From positions 884,808-948,807 of the forward strand of contig JAUPSS010000009.1 of assembly GCA_040285825.1 (NCBI GenBank): a stretch of DNA of 64,000 bases, given 5' to 3'. Positions 27,001-38,200 of the stretch are shown in pieces. Under the pieces are notes generated by a model. That model had not been told where the DNA came from and searched no databases. It saw nothing but the letters and a program-made list of their open reading frames with translations. A program made the position numbers and the translations under genes. How positions within the stretch are numbered: the stretch's first letter is position 1; the number at the start of each line of letters is the position of its first letter. Source of the DNA: Eukaryota sp. TZLM1-RC (taxonomy: Eukaryota > Protista > Metamonada: BaSk clade).

Positions 27001-27308
27001 TTGAGGAGGGCGAGAAGGAAGGGAAGTAGATAAAGATCTGATGTGATTAGAGGTATTGACAAGTGGCACATCCGATATTTTCTTCTTAGGGGGATCAAAA
27101 ATACGTGCGTCAAGTGTCGATGAACGTGGCAGAGAACTTCTTCGTGGTTGACCACCTAATAAACCATTAATTAGTTTTGAGGTTGGTTTTGAGCTCGAGC
27201 AAGACATGCTACGAGTTCTTCTTGTCTCAACCATAAGAAGAAATTTAAAGCTTTGAAGTAGGTTGGAGGATGGTAGGTTATTGAATGATGATAGGGAGGA
27301 AAAAAAAA
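21074..27308 (-). mobile_element. Family H full-length non-LTR retrotransposon (RNase H - 2x C2H2 - RT - CCHC/RLE), interrupted by a family C copy
   Basis: 12-bp TSD gtatgattaggt (21062-21073 and 27309-27320). RNase H motifs YTDGS, NSAEL, FTDSQ, WVKAH..NEIADQWAK; two C2H2 fingers; RT motifs VRPIAISE, GVKQGDPISP, SYLDD; RLE motifs RHDEVRD..FDITIV, resuming left of 21421 as NKWQDAY..TKIRKH..IVPLVFNVHG. T9 5' end, AATAAA at the 3' end. Confidence 0.9.
21422..24124 (+). mobile_element. Family C RLE retrotransposon, 5'-truncated with a 5' inversion, nested in H
   Basis: 14-bp TSD tatttccaaaacca (21408-21421 and 24125-24138). Motifs VRPIAVSE, YMDD, LHDAVRD, RGDVYC, KHRKY; C-terminus QDFVEEILV*; AATAAA near 24111. 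Confidence 0.9.
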
Positions 27309-27433
27309 GTATGATTAGGTGAGTTGCATGTAGTCCTTATGTACTAGATGTGATCAACTTGTGATCAAACTTTGTGTGAAATTGTGTGTGAGTAATGTTG
27401 GCTATGTGTTACTTGATCAGTACAAACTCATGA
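27309..27433. repeat. 462-bp tandem repeat, unit 1/2 junction
   Basis: Matches 30116-30240 and overlaps the start of the 20643 copy. Confidence 0.9.
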
Positions 27434-29769
27434 TTTTTTTAAAAAAATTTAATTTTATTCTAAACCTATAAATCAACATCTAAAAAATCCATCTCTCCCA
27501 AAACAAAAACACTAGATGCAACTCTCTCATAGTGAGATCCAAGAGAAAGCAAAGCATCAGAAACCATCTTCAACATCCCCTTAAAAATAGAAAACACAAT
27601 TCTATTTTGCCAAAACAATCTGTTGAAATTTCTGCCAGTTCTTCTCTTTACAATCATTTCAAAATCATCCAAAAAACGTAAAGCAGTTGGTGCAAGTGAA
27701 CCAAAAGGGAAAATACAAATGGATACAAATTGTATTTTTGCATGCTGTAGACTGGCCAATTTGGACAAAGGTTCATTGTATTTTTTGAATTTAAAATTTT
27801 CAGCATTTGAAAGGGGATTATGAATTTCAGAATTAACAAGTCTTTCATTTGAGGCATTACAAGGATCAACAGACATTACATCCAATAAAATGAAGCTTCC
27901 ATCTAATCCAGGTAATATGACATCACCTCTATTATTCTGATGAAAATCATTTTCAGCATCAAACAGATTTGACAACAAAGGTTCCAAGAAGGATTCAATT
28001 CTATGAGATTTACACATACAATATAACTGGTCTCTTACAGCATCATGAACCTTGCTTCTAAAAGTAATAAAATGTTTACAATTTAACAAATGAGTAGTTG
28101 TAATTTCTCGAGAACATTTACAAATTAAATTATGAGGTAAATTATCAGGCCAGATAAAGGAACGAAATCTCATATTCAGAGTCCAAGCAGAATCGGATAA
28201 GAGAGTACCATAAACTTGTGGAATTGTTGTTACTAAGGCAGAAGAAGTACTGTCACACATATCTTGTAAAAGATTTGCAAAAGCGGGATTCTTTTTCTTG
28301 GCCAAGCCAAGTCTAACATCAAAATCCAAGCTTTCAAAAATCTTTGACAATTTTTGTTGAAGCTTTTTACAGCAAAACTGTAAATTAAATAGAGATCGGT
28401 TTGGAATTTCTTGAATTGATTGAGGAAAACATTTGGTCCAAATTTGTGGCGGTAATTTTTCAAGTTCACAAGATAACTCATACAAATAGGGACTACAATT
28501 GGGGACTAACAGATGAGAATCATCAGGAAATCTACGAGAAAATTCATAAATAAAATTTTGCCACCACCCAAGAATGCTGATTGACACAAAATTGAAGATT
28601 TAGTAAAACCAATACCACCCAAATTTGCTGAAGAAAATAAATGGCTTTTCAACATTCCTGGTTCTACATCCAATAAATCAGCAAAAATTCTGTTCTCAAT
28701 GAATTAAAAGATAGACAAAAATCTAATGCTATGGAAGGAGCACAAGATCTCAAAATGTGGGTTATTCTCCCAGTGTAGCAAATTTTAAGCATGAAAAATT
28801 TAATATGCTTTTCTATATCTAAAGAAGAAATTGAATCAAGTTCAATTTTCATTTTTTCCAAAATAACTTGCAATTCATTCTGAATTTGAGGCACATTTCC
28901 TAACCAACAACCAAGGAACTTAAAAGCATCACTACTATAATTAGTAAAAGGGATAATAGAATCGTTTATCAGGAGGTCTTGAGCAGAAGAGCCAATCAGA
29001 AGGCATTTGCTGGCATTAAGATGAAGCCCAATATTTTCATATGAATCGGCAATTTCTTGAGCAACCAATTCTAGTAAATCAAATGAACCAATCAAGGATA
29101 TATCATCCATATAAGCAACTATTTTTATAGAAGGGTATTTTTGCTTAATGATATTTAAAGTTTTGTGAATAGCTAAACAAAACAATAATGGGCCTAAAGG
29201 ATCTCCCTGCTTCACTCCAGAAGATGATTTAAGACCAAATGAATTAAAAATTAAATCTGATTCTTTCCCATAAAAATGGTAGAAAAAACTCGATAGCTCA
29301 GGAAAATCAGATTTAATAACTTCAAAAATTGCTTCTCGCTTTACAGAATTAAAAGCATTTTTAAAGTCGAGATTAAAAATAAAATTATTTTCCTCTGCAT
29401 TAAAAAAGGTATCAGAGGCAATAGCAGCAACAGAAGCACCATCAATTGTTTTGATTCCAAATTGATGAGGATTCAAAAATGTAGAAGCTTTGTCTTTGAC
29501 ACGATCGAAGACAATTGATGCTAGCAAACGAGAAGGGATTCACCAACAGCAATTGGGCGTATTCCATCAGGTTTGATTCCGTTTCCAGGCTTTACTAAAG
29601 CAATCAGACGTGCTGCGAGTAATTCAAATGGAGGATTAATTTTCAAAACAATCAATTGTTGAAAATAGTGGGCTAGATCATCAGCAATTTCGGGAGCACT
29701 GGAACACGCTATTTTTAACAGATCAAAAGAAATTCCAGATGGGCCTGCTGCTCATCTGCTCATCTGCTC
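27434..29769 (-). mobile_element. Family A RLE retrotransposon copy 1, 5'-truncated, inserted in the 462-bp repeat
   Basis: TSD aactcatga (27425-27433 and 29770-29778). RT motifs LDFKNAFNSV, GVKQGDPLGP, AYMDD; CCHC CKC..H..NC; HDAVRD, RGDVIL; ends FLDVDL*, then a very short UTR with AATAAA and an A-tail. Confidence 0.93.
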
Positions 29770-30240
29770 AACTCATGATTACATTTTCAATTGATTTTGT
29801 ATATATTTGAATTAATCGAGTTTATTAATTTTTAAACATTAAATTGTAAAAAAAATAAAAAATCAAAAAGTATACAATTGAATGTTGTAAACTAATAAAA
29901 CAAATGCTGTAAGTGTAAGAGTATCGTTTTTGATACCATTTACTGAGGCTCATATGAAGTTCCTAGTTTCGTATATTGACCAATGGTTGTTTATTACAAT
30001 CGTTGGTCAAATCTTTAAAGTCCATTTTGGGACAATTATTATAACAATTGTGGTGTTAAAGTCTGTGCTATGGTCATTTGAGTAGTCATTGGTATGATTG
30101 GTTGAATGGTCATTGGTATGATTAGGTGAGTTGCATGTAGTCCTTATGTACTAGATGTGATCAACTTGTGATCAAACTTTGTGTGAAATTGTGTGTGAGT
30201 AATGTTGGCTATGTGTTACTTGATCAGTACAAACTCATGA
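29770..30240. repeat. 462-bp tandem repeat, rest of unit 2 and start of unit 3
   Basis: About 9 substitutions in 380 bp compared with unit 1, counted by eye. Confidence 0.92.
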
Positions 30241-32187
30241 TTTTTTTTTAAAAAAATTTAATTTTATTCTAAACCTATAAATCAACATCTAAAAAATCCA
30301 TCTCTCCTAAAACAAAAACACTAGATGCAACTCTCTCATAGTGAGATCCAAGAGAAAGCAAAGCATCAGAAACCATCTTCAACATCCCCTTAAAAATAGA
30401 AAACACAATTCTATTTTGCCAAAACAATCTGTTGAAATTTCTCCCAGTTCTTCTCTTTACAATCATTTCAAAATCATCCAAAAAACGTAAAGCAGTTGGT
30501 GAAAGTGAACCAAAAAGGGAAAATACAAATGGATACAAATTGTATTTTGCATGCTGTAGACTGGCCAATTGGGACAAAGGTTCATTGTATTTTTTGAATT
30601 TAAAATTTTCAGCATTTGAAAGAGGATTATGAATTTCAGAATTAACAAGCCTTTCATTTGAGGCATTACAAGGATCAACAGCCATTACATCCAATAAAAT
30701 GAAGCTTCCATCTAATCCAGGTAATATGACATCACCTCTATTATTCTTATGAAAATCATCTTCAGCATCAAACAGATTTGACAACAGAGGTTCCAAGAAG
30801 GATTCAATTCTATGAGATTTACACATACAATATAACTGGTCTCTTACAGCATCATGAACCTTGCTTCTAAAAGTAATAAAATGTTTACAATTTAACAAAT
30901 GAGTAGTTGTAATTTCTAGGTAGAATGTATTTTTTGAATTAGCACACTTAATTAAATTAAATCATAACTAATGGGACGACTATCATTGAACCAAGATTTC
31001 CTCTACAAAATCTTGATTTGCTTGCTGTCTAGCTAAAGCTTCTCTAATTCGATTGAAAAACCGCGGTAATCTATTAATAATGGCAAATTGAATCCGTGAA
31101 CGCCATAAAAAAATATCAAATCTTTTCATTGTTTTTTCTTGCACCATTTTTTGGAAGTCATCCAAAAAAGTTTCTACTTCGACTGATAATCTACCATTTA
31201 TCGAAAATGGGAAAGCAATAAAAACCAGCTGTGTATTTCTATCGACATTTGCCTCTTCAATATCTTTATCATATTTTCTATGTTTCTCTTTTGCTTTAAA
31301 ATCCAGAGCAGCCACCGGATTAAGTTTTCTTCTGTGAACCAAAGTATCATTTGCAACATTACATGAGACAAAGTCAACAATAGCTTCAGAATTATCAATC
31401 CAATCACAGTATACATCACCTCTATCATCAGAACCAAAATTATTCAGAGAAAGTGTTTCCTTCAGCAGGGGCTCTTTGATACACGATATCCTTGCAGTTT
31501 GTGCATATTGAAAACAGTGTCTCTAACAGCATCATGTAATGAAGAACGATAAGTTATCAATTTAGAGCAATTCAGAGCATGGCGCAAAGTGAGTTGAGGT
31601 GAATTCGAACAAATACATTTTTCTTTTGATAATAATTGTAATTTCTCGAGAACATTTACAAATTAAATTATGAGGTAAATTATCAGGCCAGATAAAGGAA
31701 CGAAATCTCATATTCAGAGTCCAAGCAGAATCGGTTAAGAGAGTACCATAAACTTGTGGAATTGTTGTTACTAAGGCAGAAGAAGTACTGTCACACATAT
31801 CTTGTAAAAGATTTGCAAAAGCGGGATTCTTTTTCTTGGCCAAGCCAAGTCTAACATCAAAATCCAAGCTTTCAAAAATCTTTGACAATTTTTGTTGAAG
31901 CTTTTTACAGCAAAACTGTAAATTAAAAAGAGTTCGGTTTGGAATTTCTTGAATTGATTGAGGAAAACATTTGGTCCAAATTTGTGGCGGCAATTTTTCA
32001 AGTTCACAAGATAACTCATACAAATAAGGACTGCAATTGGGAACTAACAGATGAGAATCATCAGGAAATCTACGAGAAAATTCATAAATAAAATTTTTGC
32101 CACCACCCAAGAATGCTGATTGACACAAAATTGAAGATTTAGTAAATCCAATACCACCCAAATTTGCTGAAGAAAGTAAATGGCTTT
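30241..32187 (-). mobile_element. Family A copy 2, 5'-truncated, at the same repeat position as copy 1; contains a family C insert
   Basis: A-tail abuts aaactcatga as in copy 1; ORFs 30275-30898 and 31562-32161. No distal TSD found. Confidence 0.9.
30918..31635 (-). mobile_element. Family C 3' fragment nested in A copy 2
   Basis: 11-bp TSD ttgtaatttct (30907-30917 and 31636-31646); inverted match to ~23405-24110. Confidence 0.9.
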
Positions 32188-32233
32188 AGGAACATTTTTC
32201 GATAGTTTTTTGTTGTTTGCGGAACAAAAAAAA

Positions 32234-32392
32234 TATTTTATTCAACAACAAATATGAAAACATAAAATGCACAATTAAAACTCCACATCCTCAAAACCTG
32301 CCTCCCCTACATCAAAACAACTAATTGCCAAAGATTCAGAAAATTTCCCAAAAGAAGACAGTGAATCAGAAATCAGTTTTACCATTCCCTTA
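32234..32392 (-). mobile_element. Family D short 3' fragment
   Basis: Inverted match to ~46385-46535; encodes GFEDVEF*. Confidence 0.8.
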
Positions 32393-33660
32393 ATTTTTTT
32401 AACTGGAATATTTATCGAGGAAAATCAATCTATCTAGAATTCAATATTTCCAAACAAGCTTCACTATTACTAAACCTACTCACAGCATTACGTTCATATT
32501 CTACACCAATAGCTAAAAGTGCCTCTGAAATCATTGTTGGAATAGACTTGAAAATGCAAAAAACAATTCTATTTAACGAGAAAGTGGAATTCATTGTTTT
32601 ACCAGACCTTTTCAGAAACACTTTTTTGAAGTTTTCAAAAAAGTGCAACCCTTAAGGTCCAATATTGCCAAAAAGAGAAATTGCAAACGGCACAAACTGA
32701 TATTTCACATGTTCCACTCTACCTAACTGTGCCAAAGGTTCTTCATATTTTTTTATCTTCTTTTTTTCGGCATTAGATAACGGCGAATCAGCGGAATACA
32801 CTAAACGAGCAGCAGAATTTTTGTAAACATTAACTGAGACAACATCCACAACATTGAGAACACCATCGATCCCGGGAGCTACTAAATCTGCCCTTCTTTT
32901 ACCAAAGGAATCATCAGTTTGATCTGAAGACAGCTTACGTACTAATGGCTCAATAAATGCCTCTATATTGAAACTTTTGCACATGGCATATAATTGATCA
33001 CGAACTGAGTCATGAACAATTGAGCGATAAGTTATAAAATACTTACAGTTTAAAATATGGGAAAGCGTAACAACACTCTTGCAGCGACAAATTAAATCAT
33101 TTGGTAAAGAACAAGGCCATAGAAAACATCTCAATCTCATTGCAGTGGTCCATTGGTGATCATTGAGTAGAAGGCCATAAATGTTGGGAATTTGGGAGAT
33201 TAGGCAACTTGAGCAACTGTCTTCAAGATCAATCAAAAAGTTTGCAAAAACGGGATTTTTTTCTTTAGCCAAGCTAAGACGTACAATATAATCCAAGTTT
33301 TCTAAAACTTTTAAAATTTTTTTTCTGCAATTTTGCAAAAGTCAGTGGTAGGGAGGGCAAGCTTCTTGGAGGAAGTTCCACAATATCATAGGGGAAACAT
33401 TTAGACCAAATATTGGGTGAAAGAGTTTCAATTTCTTGTTGCAAAGAAATAAGATAAGAGCTGCCACAATTTTCAATGAGATCAATTTTTTCTGGAAAAC
33501 GATTCACAAATTCATAAATAAAATTTTTACAACCTCCAATAAAGGCAGCTTTACAAAGGTAGCTTGATTTATGAAAATCAACACCACCAAAATTTGTACC
33601 ACAAAAAGTGTGGTTTCGTAACTGAGATGCATCAATTTCCAATAATTTTGCTAAAAAATT
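32393..33660 (-). mobile_element. Family E RLE retrotransposon, 3' part
   Basis: CRC..HILNC, VHDSVRDQL, RRADLVAP, VVDVVSV, KIKKY, FVPFAISLFG; clearly diverged from families A-D. Confidence 0.85.
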
Positions 33661-35060
33661 GAAATTTATTTTCAACGCTAACAAAACATTATAAAAAACT
33701 AGAACTCAATATCCTCAATAAACGCATCAACATCATCAAATCTTTTAAGCGCGCGATTTTCATACACTATTCCTAATTGTAACAGTGCTTTGGTCAACAT
33801 TTCTGGAATTGCTTTAAGAATACTAAAAACAATTCTATTGTGCCGAAATTTTTTTTCTTCCCCCCAGCATCGAACTTCCATCCTCTCCATCATGATTGTT
33901 GAAAACCTCCCTTTTCATGGTCCAGGCCCTCCTATTGTTTTCTTAACCATTATTGAATACTGCTCTACGTTGTATCCCTCTTCTTTTTTGACTCTACTGA
34001 ATGTTTTTCCACTGATAACATCATTGAAAATTCTTCCAACGAACATCTCATTAACTCGGATGTAAATAATCCTCTTCTTGCAGGCGAAAAATATAAAATT
34101 GCTAAATATGCGAAACCCATTTCCTCGGTTAATGAAAATTCTCATGCCCAATATAATTTATGTCCATTTGTTTTTTCTTTGCTTGGATCTCTAGGTAAGG
34201 CTGCTATGGCTTTCCTTGAGGATTTTGTTGTTGTTGTAAAGGAAAGAACTGGAAGAATTTTCAATCGTGTTTACTTTTTAATTTAATTTTAATTTATTTT
34301 CAAAACCACAGTCTAAAAGTCAATATCTTCAAAACAAGCTTCCACACAATCAAACCTTACAGCAGCAATGTTTTCATAATGTACACTGACAGACATTAAA
34401 GCTTTCGAAATCATTTTAGGAATTGATTTGAAAATAGTAAAAACAATACGATTTAGCCACAAGCGACGATCAAAACGCTTATTCATTCTTTTTTTTTAAT
34501 AATTTTAATTTTATTCTAAACCTATAAATCAACATCTAAAAAATCCATCTCTCCCAAAACAAAAACACTAGATGCAACTCTCTCATAGTGAGATCCAAGA
34601 GAAAGCAAAGCAACGGAAACCATCTTCAACATCCCCTTAAAAATAGAAAACACAATTCTATTTTGCCAAAACAATCTGTTGAAATTTCTGCTAGTTCTTC
34701 TCTTTACAATCATTTCAAAATCATCCAAAAAACGTAAAGCAGTTGGTGCAAGTGAACCAAAAAGGGAAAATACAAATGGATACAAATTGTATTTTGCATG
34801 CTGTAGACTGGCCAATTTGGACAAAGGTTCATTGTATTTTTTGAATTTAAAATTTTCAGCATTTGAAAGGGGATTATGAATTTCAGAATTAACAAGCCTT
34901 TCATTTGAGGCATTACAAGGATCAACAGACATTACATCCAATAAAATGAAGCTTCCATCTAATCCAGGTAATATGACATCACCTCTATTATTCTTATGAA
35001 AATCATTTTCAGCATCAAACAGATTTGACAACAAAGGTTCCAAGAAGGATTCAATTCTAT

Positions 35061-35214
35061 TGATGGTCTTGGCTGTTGGTTATTGTCTGACATACAATGT
35101 AGAGTAACAGAAGTGTAATTTATTACGAAGAGGAATTGTATTCTCTCTTCTTAAGCTAACAGGCAGAATACTAATAACTAAACTATTAACTATAAATACT
35201 ATTCAAGACTAACA
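35061..35214 (-). repeat. 3' LTR, 154 bp
   Basis: Identical to 42310-42463 on base-by-base reading. Confidence 0.96.
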
Positions 35215-38200
35215 CTGCCTTTTCCTCTCTTTCGAGCGACGAGCCCTGGAAGCTCTAGTCACAGGAGGTGAACTAATGGAATTATTACGCTTCTTGGGAG
35301 GAGCGGATTTAGTACGGTGACGTGCTTTTGAAGTCTTGATAAAGTCTTTATACGCGGCAGTATTTTGGACTGTAGACACATGCTCAGTGGTGATCTCTTT
35401 TCCAGGCCATTGCACTTGGTAAAAGTCACCGTCCTGACTGAGCACTTTTTCAATGATGTGTTCTTCGACATCACCTGAGCGACCCAGGAGTGGAACTCAT
35501 CGTTGGTGGGCAAGCTGGAGTGCCAGGGTGCTAAATGTTTGACGCTAGCTTGGACAATCGTACCTGTGCAGAGATTCTTAATATTCACAGACGAATTGGA
35601 TACGATTTCAGTAATTAGGAAGGGTCCTGAATATTCTCCATGAAGCTTAGCGGAAGAGCCAGATGCTCTCAATACCAATTGACCAACTTCAAAAGGGTTT
35701 GGAGTTGACGATCTAGTTAGCTTGGAAGCTTTGGAAGCTTGATGGTGTGCTGCCTTTTCCTGTTTCTCTTTCAATCTTCGAAATTTAGATTGAATTTCTT
35801 GAATAAAAGATGACTCAGACGTCGAGCTTTCAATGATTTCAAGAATTTTGCCAGGGTCTGATCTGGGAGACACATCTGAGCCAAAGATCACTTGGTATGG
35901 GGTTTGGTTGGTAATTGTGCTCTTGGAAGAGTTGATCAATAATTGCACATAAGGCAAGTATTCAGACCACACATCGTAGGCGTTGAAGTCTACCAGCAAT
36001 TTCCTCAGGTTTTGCAGGATGTCTCTGTGTCGGCGCTCTACCAAGCCGTTGGACTGAGAAAACCTAGGAATTGACTTTGACACCTCTATGCCCAAAAATT
36101 TACTTAATTCGTCAAAGACAGCCTTGGAAAATTCAGGTCCATTATCGCTGTGTATTTGAAATGGAATACCAAAGGTGGCACAGACTTTCCAAATTAATGC
36201 ATCTGCAGTAAGATTAGCATTTATCTCTTTTAAGGGCACGATGATTGTGAACCTAGAGAAGCTGTCAATAAATACGAGGATGTATTTGTAGCCTTCTTGA
36301 TCTTCTGGTAGAGAACCAATAACGTCGGCGTTGACGCGAGCAAAAGGTCTGTCAGCCCACAATGAACCGGTTGGGGGAACATGCAGTTTGGGAACTGGCT
36401 TTGTTTTCTGACAGGAGGGGCATTCTTGGACGTGCATATTCATGTCGGTGAGCATGTTTGGCCACCAATAATCGCTGTTCCTGAGCTTGTTCAGGCTTTC
36501 AGCTTTGCTTGGATGGCCTCCTTGCAGAAGTCCATGCAACAAGTTAAGGGTGTCCTTAATGAGTGATTTGGGAATCACTATCTTGTTGTCGTGCATCATA
36601 AATAAATCAAGGTTATTGTTATGACCACAGTTGTTGAAAGAGGGGTCTTTGGAAGCTATGGCAAGCTTCTGTTCGGACCTAATCCTACAGAGCCATGGCT
36701 CGAAAATAGGCAGGTCGTTGGAACATCGTTCTCTGATGACCATGATACGTTCGAAGTTGTTTAAGTCTTCGATGTAGTATCTTTCATTTTCTGTTCCATC
36801 AATTTTATCGATGTAAAATATTGGATGAAAATTTGGAGATATTTGATGGGACAAATGATTGATCTCTTGATGGTCTATAGGCGGAACTATTCGAGACAAC
36901 ATATCAGCCCAGAAGTTATCTTCCCCTTTGGTATGTACCAAATCAAAGCAGAATTCAGAGAATATGGGTAACCATCTTGTTACAATTCTGTTCTTCTCAG
37001 GAGCCGTGAACATGTAGGTAAGGTTTTGATGGTCTGTGAATATAACCAGTTTCCTTCCTTTCAAGTAGTTTTCAAAACCACTTTGAGTTAACATGAGCAG
37101 GATGGCATAGAGTTCCATTTGGTTTGTCGGCCAGTTCTTTTGCGAGTTGGTTAACAACCGGCTGAAGAAGCTGATAGGCCTACATTTCCTGTTGATCAGG
37201 GGGGTACCGGGGTCGTCGACTTGTTCCATTTGTTCCCATATGACGCCGTCTACAGCAATGTCGGATGCATCGCAACTAATTAAAATTTGGTTTTCCAGCG
37301 GAGGTAAGCTGAGCGGCATGTGCTTCGCTATCAGTTGTTTGAACTTTTGAAGGAGTCCGTCGTGCATGTCGGTCCATTGAAGGCGTTGCGCGCGGGGTTT
37401 GGGTTTAACGTTGGAGTTATTTCCATCCTTCTTAGTCAATCTGATGATAGGAGCGATGAGCTCTGATACCTGAAAAAGCCATTCTCTAATGAAGTTGACT
37501 GATCCTACGAGGCTGCGGACGTCTTTGATTGTCTTTGGTCTAGGTAGATTCAGCAAAGATTCAACGCGAGTGGGATCGATAGTCCGTTGTTTGTTTTGGA
37601 AAACACTGCCCAGTATCTTGATTGGGTGTCTGGAAGACACGAAATGGCACTTTGGAAGTCCCAAGGAAACTCTTTTGCATCTGGCTTGATCAAGGACGCG
37701 ACGGAGGCGTTCAATGAATTCGTCAAAGGTTGAACCCATGATTATGATGTCATCTATGTAAATGAAGACACCGTCTCCAGAGAAGATGTCAGCCATGACG
37801 TTTTGGAAAACGGCTGGGACATTCTTTAGGCCAAAAGCTGCACGTTTGAACATGATGCTTTTTGCCAGGAATGCTCAGGGCTGTTTTTCTGCCAATCCTT
37901 TTCAGCAATCTTGAGTTGCCAAAAGGCTTTGGGAAGGTCAAGGGTGCCTATGTAGTTCGCTTGGGAGAGAAATACCAGCACATGGGAGATCCTTGGAAGG
38001 TTGGGCTCAACAGGAATGGTGTTGGCGTTGACTCCGTCCTTGCCACTATAATCACCAGTAAGGCGGGGCTTACGGTGATCTGGGTAGACCACTAGACAGA
38101 CAGGGGAGCTGAACTCATGGTTCGATGGGACAGCGAATCCTGAGTCTACGAGTTCGTCGAAAATTTGGTTAGCGACCTCTAGCCTGGCTGGATTCAGGGT

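Noticed and set aside
20643-30240. CRISPR array, or 5S/tRNA/snRNA call for the 462-bp repeat; ORF 20550-20756
   Set aside because: There is no repeat-spacer structure and no RNA family I can recognise. The ORF simply runs into the repeat.
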